From NCBI GenBank assembly GCA_000092065.1, contig CP000600.1: a DNA stretch of 64,000 nt; one strand, 5' to 3'. The notes below the pieces were generated by a model. That model had not been told where the DNA came from. It did no database searches and worked only from the letters and a program-made list of their open reading frames with translations. Shown here in pieces: positions 26,801 through 36,529 of the stretch. This DNA is from Ostreococcus lucimarinus (lineage: Eukaryota). Positions within the stretch are counted from its first letter, which is position 1. Each line of letters opens with the position of its first letter. The translations under genes and the position numbers were made by a program.

Positions 26801-27234
26801 GTGCCGCACGACCCTTTAGCCGCGCACCACGCGGGGTCACGGCGCGAACGTTACGGGTACTTTTGACGCCGTGTCGGTACTTTAAGAGTCGAAAACCTAT
26901 ACATTCACAAAATGCACCCCTCAATTATCGCGTCATCGCATCGCCGCTCGCGATTAGGCGCTTAAAAACCTCGATGTACGTGAATTCATCGCCCTTTTTT
27001 CGTTTCGTTCCCTGACTTTACCCTGTTTACCCCGTCTGACTGTTTACCCATAGATACCATAGAATTCAAGCGGTCGCAAACAACAACACGGATCCCCACC
27101 CCCCCTCGACACGCGCGCATGCCCCCCTGTGCCGCGGTCGTTGAGTGGATAATCGCGATCGGTCGACGATCGACGCCGCGCGACGCCGCACATTCGCGCG
27201 CCGAATCCACACCGCACACGCTCTCACGCACACG

Positions 27235-28350
27235 ATGCACGCCGCTCGAGCGCTCCCGACGCAGTTCGCGAACGCGAAGACTTTCGTCGCGAACGCGAAC
27301 GCGACGACACCGACACGTCACGGACGACGGGCGACGATGACGACGACGCGCGCGACGATGGTGCCGATCGAAGAGCTGAAGACGACGACGACGAAGGCGA
27401 TTCGAGGGATCGGGTACAACGAAAAGGACGCCAAGGTGATTTTGGACGTGCTCATGTACGCGCAGTTGCGAGGGAACAACCAAGGGATCATCAAGGTGAC
27501 GACGAACGGGCTCGCGATGGCGCCGGACGCGGAACCGATGGTGGTGACGCACGAAACGAAGCTTTCGGCGGCGATCGACGGTAAGAAAACGCAAGGTATG
27601 CTTGTTTTGGCCGAAGCGACGCGCGTGGCGCACGAAAAGGCGAAGGAACACGGGTTCGGGATCGTGGGGACGTGCAACACGAGCACGTCCACGGGGGCGC
27701 TCGGGTATTATTGCAAATCCGTCGCCGACCAAGGCATGATCTCCATCTGCTTCGCGCAATCCCCGGAATTCGTCGCCCCGGCCGGGAGCTCGAAGGCTAT
27801 TTTCGGCACCAACCCGATCGGCGTGGGCATTCCCTCGTCCGAAGGCGCCATGGTGCTCGACATGGCCACGAGCGCGTACAGCTGGTTCGGCGTGCTCGAG
27901 GCGAAGACCGCGGGACGCGAACTCCCGGATGGTGCGGCTCAAGACAAGAACGGCGTGTTGACCAAGGACCCGAATGAAGTTCTCGACGGTGGTGCCATCC
28001 GAACTTTCGATGGTGGTTACAAGAGCAGCAACTTGGCGCTCGTCATCGAGCTCCTCGCCGGTCCGCTCGTCGGCGCCGCCATCGAAGGCAAGCTCGCGGC
28101 GAAGAACTGGGGTAACTTGATCATGGTGATCGACCCGAAGATGCTCGGCCAAGCTGATTTCGAGAAGAACGCCGCGTTCGTGATGAACCGCGTGCGCAAC
28201 GCGCCCAAGCAACCGGGCGTCGATGCCATCAACCTTCCGGGCGAGCGCGGCGACGCCATCGCCAAGGCGAACGAAGCAAAGGGCGAAATTGACGTCGAGA
28301 CCAACCTCTGGAACAATTTGAAGAAGGCTGCCGAGGCGTTCTCGGGCTAA
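27235..28350 (+). CDS. malate/L-lactate dehydrogenase family 2 (Ldh_2) oxidoreductase
   Basis: The first ATG is at 27235; the track ORF starts at a GTG. Ldh_2 landmarks are VLMYAQLRGNNQGI, GFGIVGTCNTSTSTGALGYY, FGTNPIGVGIP, LDMATSAYSWFGVLEAK and GGYKSSNLALVIELLAGPL. The substrate cannot be inferred. Confidence 0.85.
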   Translation: MHAARALPTQFANAKTFVANANATTPTRHGRRATMTTTRATMVPIEELKTTTTKAIRGIGYNEKDAKVILDVLMYAQLRGNNQGIIKVTTNGLAMAPDAEPMVVTHETKLSAAIDGKKTQGMLVLAEATRVAHEKAKEHGFGIVGTCNTSTSTGALGYYCKSVADQGMISICFAQSPEFVAPAGSSKAIFGTNPIGVGIPSSEGAMVLDMATSAYSWFGVLEAKTAGRELPDGAAQDKNGVLTKDPNEVLDGGAIRTFDGGYKSSNLALVIELLAGPLVGAAIEGKLAAKNWGNLIMVIDPKMLGQADFEKNAAFVMNRVRNAPKQPGVDAINLPGERGDAIAKANEAKGEIDVETNLWNNLKKAAEAFSG

Positions 28351-28491
28351 GCACGCGCGCATTGTTGGAATATTATCCTCTTCATCACGATTTCAAACGA
28401 TGATTTCATTTAATTAAACTGTTTCTAAATTCCTCAACTCATGAACGCTTGCAAGCATTTTTTGCGTACGACGCCGCGCCGCGCTATGGAT

Positions 28492-31400
28492 TTAAGCAGT
28501 GGCTTCAACTCCAGCCTTAACATCGTTCGTCGCCTCCGGCGTGTTCGCCTCAGACGGCGGAACTAACTGCCAGAACTTGGGCAAATAGTTGGCCCAGTCA
28601 GCGAGGATAGCCTTCGCCTTCGGCGAGTTCGTCTTCTCGGCGTGCGCGGAGATGAGACCCTTGAGTTGGGCCTCACCCGCCGGCGTGATCACGCGCTGCA
28701 TGGCGACAATCTCGCCGTTCACCTTGGATTCGAACGTACCGTCTTCGTCGAGGAAGTAACCGATGCCACCAGTCATACCCGCGCCAACGTTGCGGCCAAC
28801 CTTGCCGATCGCGACGACGCAACCACCCGTCATGTATTCGCAGCAGTGGTCGCCAGTGCCTTCAACGACCGCTTCACCGAGCGAGTTACGGACGGCGAAG
28901 CGTTCACCAGCGCGACCGCTGATAAACACTTGACCACCAGTGGCGCCGTACAAGCACGCGTTACCCGCGATGCTCGCCGACTCCGGCGCGAACGGAGAGT
29001 TCGGAGGAGGCATGATGGCAATCTCACCGCCACTCATGCTCTTCGCCACGTAATCGTTCGCTTCACCCACAAGTCGCACTTTCAGGCCACCGACAACGAA
29101 AGCACCGAAAGATTGACCGCTGGAACCCTCGATGTCTAAGGTGAGAGAACCAGCGAAGCCATTGTCGCCGTACTTCTTGGCGATTTGACCGGCGACGCGC
29201 GCCGTCGCGCAACGGTCGACGTTGACAATCTCCACCTTCTTCGTGTACGTGCCTTCGGTTTCGATGCACTTTTGGACTTCCGGATCGCTAAGGATCTTGT
29301 CATCGAGAACGATACCGTCGTTGTGCACCGGTTGCGCGATGCGGTCCGAGGAAGCGCCAGCCTCGCCAGAGGACGTGGTGAGGAAGGACAAGTCGAGAGA
29401 CGAAGTCTTCGCCGGCGCCTTGTCAATTTGGCTGAGCAAGTCGTTGCGACCGATGATCTCATCGAGAGATCTGTAACCCATTTGGGCGAGGATCTCGCGC
29501 ACTTCTTGCGCGGCGTACATGAAGAAGTTGACAAGATCGCTTGGCGCACCGGGGAAGCGCGCGCGAAGCTCTTCGCGCTGGGACGCAACACCAACGGGGC
29601 AGTTGTTGGTGTGGCAAATACGAGCCATGACGCAGCCAGTGGCAATCATCGCAACGGTACCGAAACCGTATTCATCGGCACCCATGAGAGCGGTTTGGAT
29701 GACGTCAAGACCGGAGCGGCAGCCACCATCGGCGCGCAAGACGACGCGCTCGCGAAGGCCATTCTCAACGAGAGTTCTGTGCGATTCGACGAGACCCATC
29801 TCCAACGGACCACCGCAGTGCTTGATGGACGACAAAGGAGACGCGCCGGTACCACCATCGCCACCCGAAATTTGGATGATGTCGGCGTTCGCCTTGGCGA
29901 CGCCGGACGCCACCGTGCCGATGCCCGCTTGGGACACGAGCTTCACGGACACCTTCGAGTTCTTGTTGACCATGTGCAAGTCATAGATGAGCTGCGCGAG
30001 ATCCTCAATGGAGTAGATGTCGTGATGCGGCGGCGGGGAGATGAGCGGGACACCAGCCTTGGATCGGCGGAGCCAGGCAATGTACGGGGAAACCTTCTTA
30101 CCCGGAAGCTGACCACCTTCTCCCGGCTTGGCACCTTGCGCCACCTTGATTTCGGTCTGGTTGGCAGACATCAAGAACGACGTCGTGACACCAAAGCGAC
30201 CGGAAGCGACTTGCTTGATAGCGGAAGACGCGACGTCGCCATTCTCCATGCCTCGAAGGTACGGGAACGTTTCAGACTTGCCATCCGCGGTGGCGTCAGT
30301 GATGGTTTCGAATCGCTTCGGGTCTTCGCCACCTTCACCAGAGTTGGATTTACCACCGATGCGGTTCATCGCGATGGCGATAGATTCGTGGCACTCTTGG
30401 GAGATAGCACCGAGAGACATACCACCCGTGCAGAAGCGCGTGCAAATGTCAGCGACGGATTCGACCTCATCGACGGAGATCGGTTGGCGGTCAGACTTGA
30501 TTTCGAGTTGATCGCGCAAGCACGTGTACGGACGATCGTTGCGGTGCGCTTGGTAGGCGCTCCAGAACTCATCATTCTTTTCACCACCACCGAGGCCAAC
30601 AGCCTTGTGAAGAAGCTTAGACATCTCTTGGTTGTTGCCGTGGTATTCCAATCCCGGCTTGACTTGGAACATACCGCGCGCCTCAACCTTGGCCATCTCT
30701 TCAGCCTCACCCGGGAAAGCGGACTGGACAAACATGTGCGTCTCCGCGGCAACTTCATCCATGGTGAGACCACCGATGCGGGAAACGGTGCCCTTGAAGG
30801 CGGTGTTGATGACTTCAGGCCCAAGACCGTAGCACTCGAAAATTTGCGCGCCTTGGTACGAGGTGATCAAAGAGATACCCATCTTAGACAAGATCTTCTT
30901 GAGACCCTTGTTGAGGGCATTCTTGAAGTTGACTTGCACACCTTCCACAGAGACATCACCCATCTTACCGCGCTGGATGGCGGTCTCGACCTTCGGGGAC
31001 TTTCTCCATGACCGGCAGGTTTCCAAAGCCAACCACGGGCACACAGCGTGTGCGCCGAAACCAACCAAGGTGGCAATGTGGTGCGTGCTGAACGCCGAAG
31101 CAGACTCCACGACGATAGACGCGCGGGTTCGAAGACCTTGCGCGATCAAGTAGTGGTGCACGGTACCAACAGCGAGAAGCGAGGGAATCGCGGGCGAGTC
31201 CGGACCTTGATCCGGACGATCCGTGATGACGATGCACTCGCTGCCGGCGCGAATCGCCGCGGCGGCCTCTTCGCAAAGCTTGTCAAGGCCAGCCTTGAGG
31301 GCACCAGCGGCACCACCAGCGGCGTAACGCGCGGCAATAGTTTGCGTCTTCAGCTTCGGGTGGTTCTTAATGTGCTCCAACTCAGAGTCGAAGAGGACCG

Positions 31401-33446
31401 GGGAGTCGAGCATGACCGGCGGCGTTTCCTTGCCTTGCGTGTCGAGCAAGTTGCCCTTCGCACCAAGAGTCATGGCCAAGGACATGACGAGACCCTCGCG
31501 AAGAGGGTCGATGGCGGGGTTGGTAACTTGCGCGAAGCGTTGCTTGAAGTAGTCATAAAGCAAGCGCGGTCGGCCAGACAAGACGGGCATCGGGGTGTCG
31601 TCGCCCATCGACCAAGTGGGTTCGATGGCATCGGACGCCATCGATTCAATGATCATCGTGATGTCTTCGGCGGCGTAACCGGCGCGAGCTTGGCACTCGA
31701 TGAGTTGGATCGGGTCCAGTTGCGTCGCGCCAATGGGTTCGATGCCCTTGACGCGATCGATGGCCTTCATCCATTCGCCGTACGGGAGGCGCGCGGAGAC
31801 TTCCTTCGCGATTTCCGTATTTTCCTTGAACTCGCCCGTCTCCAAATCAGCGTAAATCATCATACCCGGGCCGAGACGGCCCTTGGAGACGACATTGGAC
31901 GCGTTGGACATGACATCACCGAGGACACCAACTTCCGAGGCGACGTAGATGTAATCATCGGACGTGCGCCAGAAGCGCGCCGGGCGCAACCCGTTGCGGT
32001 CGAGGCGGGCGCCGAGCTGCTTGCCATCGGAGAAGACGAGCAACGCTGGACCATCCCACGCTTCTTGCATCCCAGCGTAATAATCGTAGAAATCATGAAC
32101 TTCCGGGAACGTCGCATCGAGTTCGGGGTGGTTGCGGTGCGCTTCTGGCACAAGCAACATCATAGTCTCCGCCGGCGCGCGGCCGGTTCTCACCAGGAGC
32201 TCCGCGACTCTGTCGAGGTTGGCGGAATCGGAGGCAGCCGGATTACAGATCGGGCGGAATTCCGGTTCACGACCGCCCCAGATCGGGTTCTCCATATCAG
32301 CTTCCTTAGACGCCATCCAGTTCAAGTTACCTTGAAGGGTGTTGATCTCACCGTTGTGTCCCAAGAAACGCATCGGTTGCGAGAGTGGCCACTTCGGCGT
32401 CGTGTTCGTGGAGAAACGGCGGTGGTAAATCGAGAACTGCGACTCGTAGTCGGGGTCTTCCAAATCCTTGTAGAACTTGCCCAACACCGCGGATCGAAGC
32501 ATACCCTTGTACACAATCGTGCGGGAGCTCAAGGTGCAAATGTAGAAGCTCTCAGCTAACACGGCGTCGGAGCTCGCCGACTTTTCGCACGTCTTGCGCG
32601 CGATGAACAACTTGCGCTCGAGCTCTTCGCGTTCCAAGCCCGCCCCGTCGACGAGAATCTGTTCGTGCACCGGGCACGTCATCTTCGCGAGCGGACCGAC
32701 GACGGAGTTGTCCACCGGAACCGCACGCCAACCGAGCACCTTGAGGCCTTCGGCGACGCAGCTCGCCTCAAGAATCTTCTTCGCCTCAGCCGCCTTGGCA
32801 CCGTCGGTGGGCAACATAACCATACCGACCGCCGAGGAGCCTTCAGAGAATCCACTGATACCATTCGCCGCGCACCACTTGTCCAAAAGCTTCCACGGAA
32901 TGTGCGTCATGACACCGACACCATCACCAGAGTCGTTGTCCGCCGAGCACGCCCCGCGGTGCTCCATGCACCCGACAGCCATCAAGGAATCTTTCACAGT
33001 CTTGTGCGTGCGCTCACCCTTCAACGAAGCGATGAAACCGACCCCGCACGCATCATGCTCTTCCAAAAGCTGCGTGTTATCCACCGCACCGCCTTCATAC
33101 ACGGGCCAATCGCCGTACACCGACCCTCGCTCCGCCAGGCACACCGTCTTCGCGCGGTCGCGTCCCGGCACGCGCACCGTCGAGCACTTGGGCAACGCCG
33201 CGGGCTTACGCAACGTCACCGGGGACGGAGTAAACTTCTGCGCGATGTAAATGATCACACTCTACCGTCAGTCTTCTTCGTTCGACGTTCGATCGACGCC
33301 TTCGCGCCTCGCCTTCGGCCCGTCTTTTAAACGCGCATTCGCCGTTCGTGATTCGTCGCGGGGTGACTCTTGGAAAACAAGCCCTAACCCCCTTCGCGCG
33401 TCGTCGCGCGCGTCTTACGCACCGCTTGGTTCCCCAACGCGCGCAT
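28492..33446 (-). CDS. GLU: ferredoxin-dependent glutamate synthase (Fd-GOGAT), chloroplast precursor (main exon 33237..28492; proposed 24-nt first exon 33446..33423)
   Basis: The ORF of about 1580 aa begins its mature part at the Ntn Cys ([12 protein letters not shown]). It then shows the amidotransferase, central, FMN/3Fe-4S ([15 protein letters not shown]) and GXGXG C-terminal domains. The main ORF has no in-frame ATG upstream of the catalytic Cys and is closed by TAG two codons above its GTG. Proposed exon 1 is ATG CGC GCG TTG GGG AAC CAA GCG|GTGCGT. Confidence 0.93.
33238..33422 (-). other. proposed 5' intron (185 nt) of Fd-GOGAT
   Basis: GTGCGT donor after 8 codons (MRALGNQA), aagACTGACggt branch box 32 nt upstream of the TCGCGCAG acceptor, phase 0/0. 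The spliced product is [34 protein letters not shown]..., a plausible transit peptide. Confidence 0.55.
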
Positions 33447-33962
33447 CGTGCCCGCGCTCGCGCTCGCGACGTTTTTGTTACGCATCGCCTGCGCGTGTGC
33501 ACCATTTTTCGCCCCCACGCGCGCGCGATGGCGACGCGCGCGCGCATCCGTCACCGCGACGGGGCTTACGCGCGCGCCCATCGCTTGCATCGCCTTCGCT
33601 CGCTCGCGCGCCCTTCCGGCGCGCGCACGATCGCGACGACGATCAAAGAATTAACCAACCGTTCGTTCGTCCGCTTCGCGCACGACCGATCGTCAAGTCG
33701 CGACGTCACCGGTCGCGTTCTGACGTCGCGCGCGCGCAATCGCGTCGCCTTCGCGAAACGGTTCCGGTCGCCGTCGTCGTTTTTTTCATCACAAAGGCGA
33801 ATTCGTGTCTTCTCTACGCGAGTTTTGCGATCGACCGCGGTGACGTCGCGCGAGTGGATCGAATGTCGGGTGTCTCGGCACCTCGCCTGTGTGACAGTGT
33901 GACACCTGCGACACGGCCAGCATTGCGCGTCGCGCGCGCGGTGGGACGCGGAAGCCGAAAGA

Positions 33963-36506
33963 ATGGAGTCGAAAAATAAAGCTTCGCGTGAACGGACGCG
34001 AACGCGGCGAGCGCGGCGAGCGTCGATTGGGTGTCGCGCTTTCGCGGCGTTGGCGAGTTGGTGCTGCGCGTCGCGGGCGCGAGGCGCGCACGGACGCTCG
34101 TGCGGGACGTGGGACGTCGCGCGGGTGGCGAACGTGGTGAATGGAATTGAAATTATGATCAGTGGGGGCTCGAGGGTGGAGGAAGCGCCGCGGACGGTGT
34201 GGGTGAATGGACGAGAGCGCTGCGCGAGCGAGTCGTTCTCGACGACGGCGACGACGGCGACATGCGTCATCGTCGAAGCGAACGAAAGAGCGCTGCGTGC
34301 GGCGAGAGATTTTGTGCGAGAGTTTACGTCAGTAGGTCGTGTGCAAGTGTGGGTGGCGAGTTTGCCGCCACGACTGATCGTGGACGCAACGACGAATACG
34401 CGGCACGCGTTGCGTACGATGGACGACGTCCTGAACGCGACGCGGACGGAGACGGAGACGAAAGAAGCGGATTTCAGGGTTGCTACCACCCGTGTTTACG
34501 CGTCATTCACCGTCGATGATCGCCAGTACGAAGAGAGCGCGGAGTATAAAGCCTTTGTCATCGCAACGAGTCACGCGCTCGATTCAACATCAAGGATGAG
34601 AACGCCAATCGATCCGCCTCGCGCGGGTGGCGCCGAAATATTTCGTCTCGACCTTGCAAACGCAACAAAGACGATCGAATTCATTGATCATCACCGAACG
34701 CGGTCGTTTTATCGCGTGACGTGTTGCGTTTCGGTTGGGCGATCGACTTTTGTACTATCCTTCGACGACGGCTCAGAGTGCACCGTGCGGTCGCCGAGTC
34801 GCGATCCAGTAAGACACTTGCGAGGAACAACCAATGATCCTTGCGTCGCCAAAGATCTCAGCCTACCTTATCCGGACGATATCACGTTAGAGTTTACGCC
34901 AAGCGAGCGAGCGACGTTCGACGAGTACCGAGGATTTTATCGTGGAAGTTACGAGAAAATGATGCGAGCCAAATCGAAATTTGCGCTCGCGGTGAGATTT
35001 GATGAAGGCCCGCGCTTGAGAGCTACGGCGCGTTTTCGAGGTGTATCCTCATTTCGAGATTGTGAACGGCGAAAGAGTCTCACCGTAGAGCTCGACGGGC
35101 GAGGCGTGCGCTTGATGCCTGGTTCCTTCGGGACAAAATTCCTGCTGATCAGCCTGTGCATCGATGATCGATACGTAAAGACACACCTCGTGTTGTCGAT
35201 GGCGAAGGCGCTCGGGACGTTTCCGCACGCTTTTCGATACGTCAGGTTAAAAATACGCACACGTGGTCAGAAAAGAGTGGAACATTCTGGCTTATACCTG
35301 CTCATGGATGACCCAAAGTCTTCGCTCGAGCGCGCGCACAATCAGCTCTCCGTCGTCGTGCGCCGACGGTTCGATCCAGCGAGGAAGAATTTTACCAGTT
35401 CCAAGGGTGTGCCCGAAGTGAAATCTTATCCAAATACAGATATTGAAGCAATCGCAGGTCGCGTACGATACGAACGCGTCGTTCTCGCAAGCGAGAGCTG
35501 CGAAGATAAAGCTTGTTTCGACGTTTTGAACAATTTGATCGACCTAGAAGGCTACCTTAGTTGGATGGCGCTGATGACGTGGGTCGAGTCGGGCGATTAC
35601 GTCGATGAACTCTGGTTATACGCATCAAATGAGAATGATGGGAAGCACCGTTTCAAAGTTCACGCGTGGGACCCTGACGATTCTTTTGAGTCTTGTCATC
35701 ACGGCGGCGAAGATGCAATCGTTGGGCTAGGCAATCTCCTGTACTGCGCGGAGGGCGCCATCGATCGCGTACTCGTACGATCTGAAAGCATGCGTGCTCA
35801 TTACATCAAGATTCTCAACGAAGTTCTTCGAGATAGACTAAACGAGCGAGCACTTCGGGAGATCGTTGATGCGCAAGAAGGACAAATTCGTCGGCTCCTC
35901 AACGACGATGACACCGCTCTCGGCCTGCTTGAGCTTCGGGAAATCGAGCCATCGATCGATAGCGCGACGGAGGCTGTGAGTGAAATCATCGGTTCATTGC
36001 GTTATTACAGAGACGTGATAAATTTTCGCAGACGTTCCTTGTTGCGCGACGCAGAAGCTTACGCATCATTCGACCCGAGCGCCACGGCGTGGACGTCGCA
36101 ACCAACGGCGGACGATTGCGACGATGGTGCGCCTACATTAGTGACGCAAGTACGAAGTTATGATAGGATTGATCAAGATATTTTGCTCAAAGTCAGTGGT
36201 AATGGTGGATCATACGCGCTGAACGTGTCTTTTGATCCCATCGTTGTCTACAATGGCTCGACGTACGTCGCCACGCGAGACGAGTTCGTGCTGGAGAGAT
36301 GGTCTTCTGAACAACACGAAAATGTCACACGCATGGCGATGTCATCGCCATGCGTGAGAACTTTCATCGGGGGTGGATACATCGTTCTGAGTTCCATTTG
36401 CGATGACTCAATCCCTCACATGTTTTCACTGCATCATCGATTCTGGCATGGTTTTGCCAACGCGTCTTCGCCGATGATAGTTAGTCGCCTACTCGGATGT
36501 GTGTGA
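33963..36506 (+). CDS. CotH-kinase-family-like protein with N-terminal hydrophobic signal/anchor (847 aa)
   Basis: ATG ORF whose N-terminus is ...IGCRAFAALASWCCASRARG. CotH-like blocks are ATARFRGVSSFRDCERRKSLTVELDG, GTKFLLISLCIDDRYVKTHLVLSMAKALG, YVRLKIRTRG..HSGLYLLMDDPK and IDLEGYLSWMALMTWVESGDYVDELWLYASNENDGKHRFKVHAWDPDDSF. Recognised by pattern only. Confidence 0.65.
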   Translation: MESKNKASRERTRTRRARRASIGCRAFAALASWCCASRARGAHGRSCGTWDVARVANVVNGIEIMISGGSRVEEAPRTVWVNGRERCASESFSTTATTATCVIVEANERALRAARDFVREFTSVGRVQVWVASLPPRLIVDATTNTRHALRTMDDVLNATRTETETKEADFRVATTRVYASFTVDDRQYEESAEYKAFVIATSHALDSTSRMRTPIDPPRAGGAEIFRLDLANATKTIEFIDHHRTRSFYRVTCCVSVGRSTFVLSFDDGSECTVRSPSRDPVRHLRGTTNDPCVAKDLSLPYPDDITLEFTPSERATFDEYRGFYRGSYEKMMRAKSKFALAVRFDEGPRLRATARFRGVSSFRDCERRKSLTVELDGRGVRLMPGSFGTKFLLISLCIDDRYVKTHLVLSMAKALGTFPHAFRYVRLKIRTRGQKRVEHSGLYLLMDDPKSSLERAHNQLSVVVRRRFDPARKNFTSSKGVPEVKSYPNTDIEAIAGRVRYERVVLASESCEDKACFDVLNNLIDLEGYLSWMALMTWVESGDYVDELWLYASNENDGKHRFKVHAWDPDDSFESCHHGGEDAIVGLGNLLYCAEGAIDRVLVRSESMRAHYIKILNEVLRDRLNERALREIVDAQEGQIRRLLNDDDTALGLLELREIEPSIDSATEAVSEIIGSLRYYRDVINFRRRSLLRDAEAYASFDPSATAWTSQPTADDCDDGAPTLVTQVRSYDRIDQDILLKVSGNGGSYALNVSFDPIVVYNGSTYVATRDEFVLERWSSEQHENVTRMAMSSPCVRTFIGGGYIVLSSICDDSIPHMFSLHHRFWHGFANASSPMIVSRLLGCV

Positions 36507-36529
36507 TGCATCTAAGTTGTATAGCAATC

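Noticed and set aside
26470-27015. 181-aa + strand ORF in the unassigned interval
   Set aside because: Its composition is Arg/Ser/Lys-rich with no hydrophobic core pattern, it starts at a non-ATG codon in the track, and it overlaps the more protein-like minus-strand ORF.
33333-33338. Alternative 6-nt first exon for GOGAT (ATGCGC|GTTTAA)
   Set aside because: It is in phase, but the donor GTTTAA matches none of the other donors and overlaps a TATA-like TTTAAAAG. The upstream candidate 33446..33423 with a GTGCGT donor is a better model. It is kept here only as an alternative.
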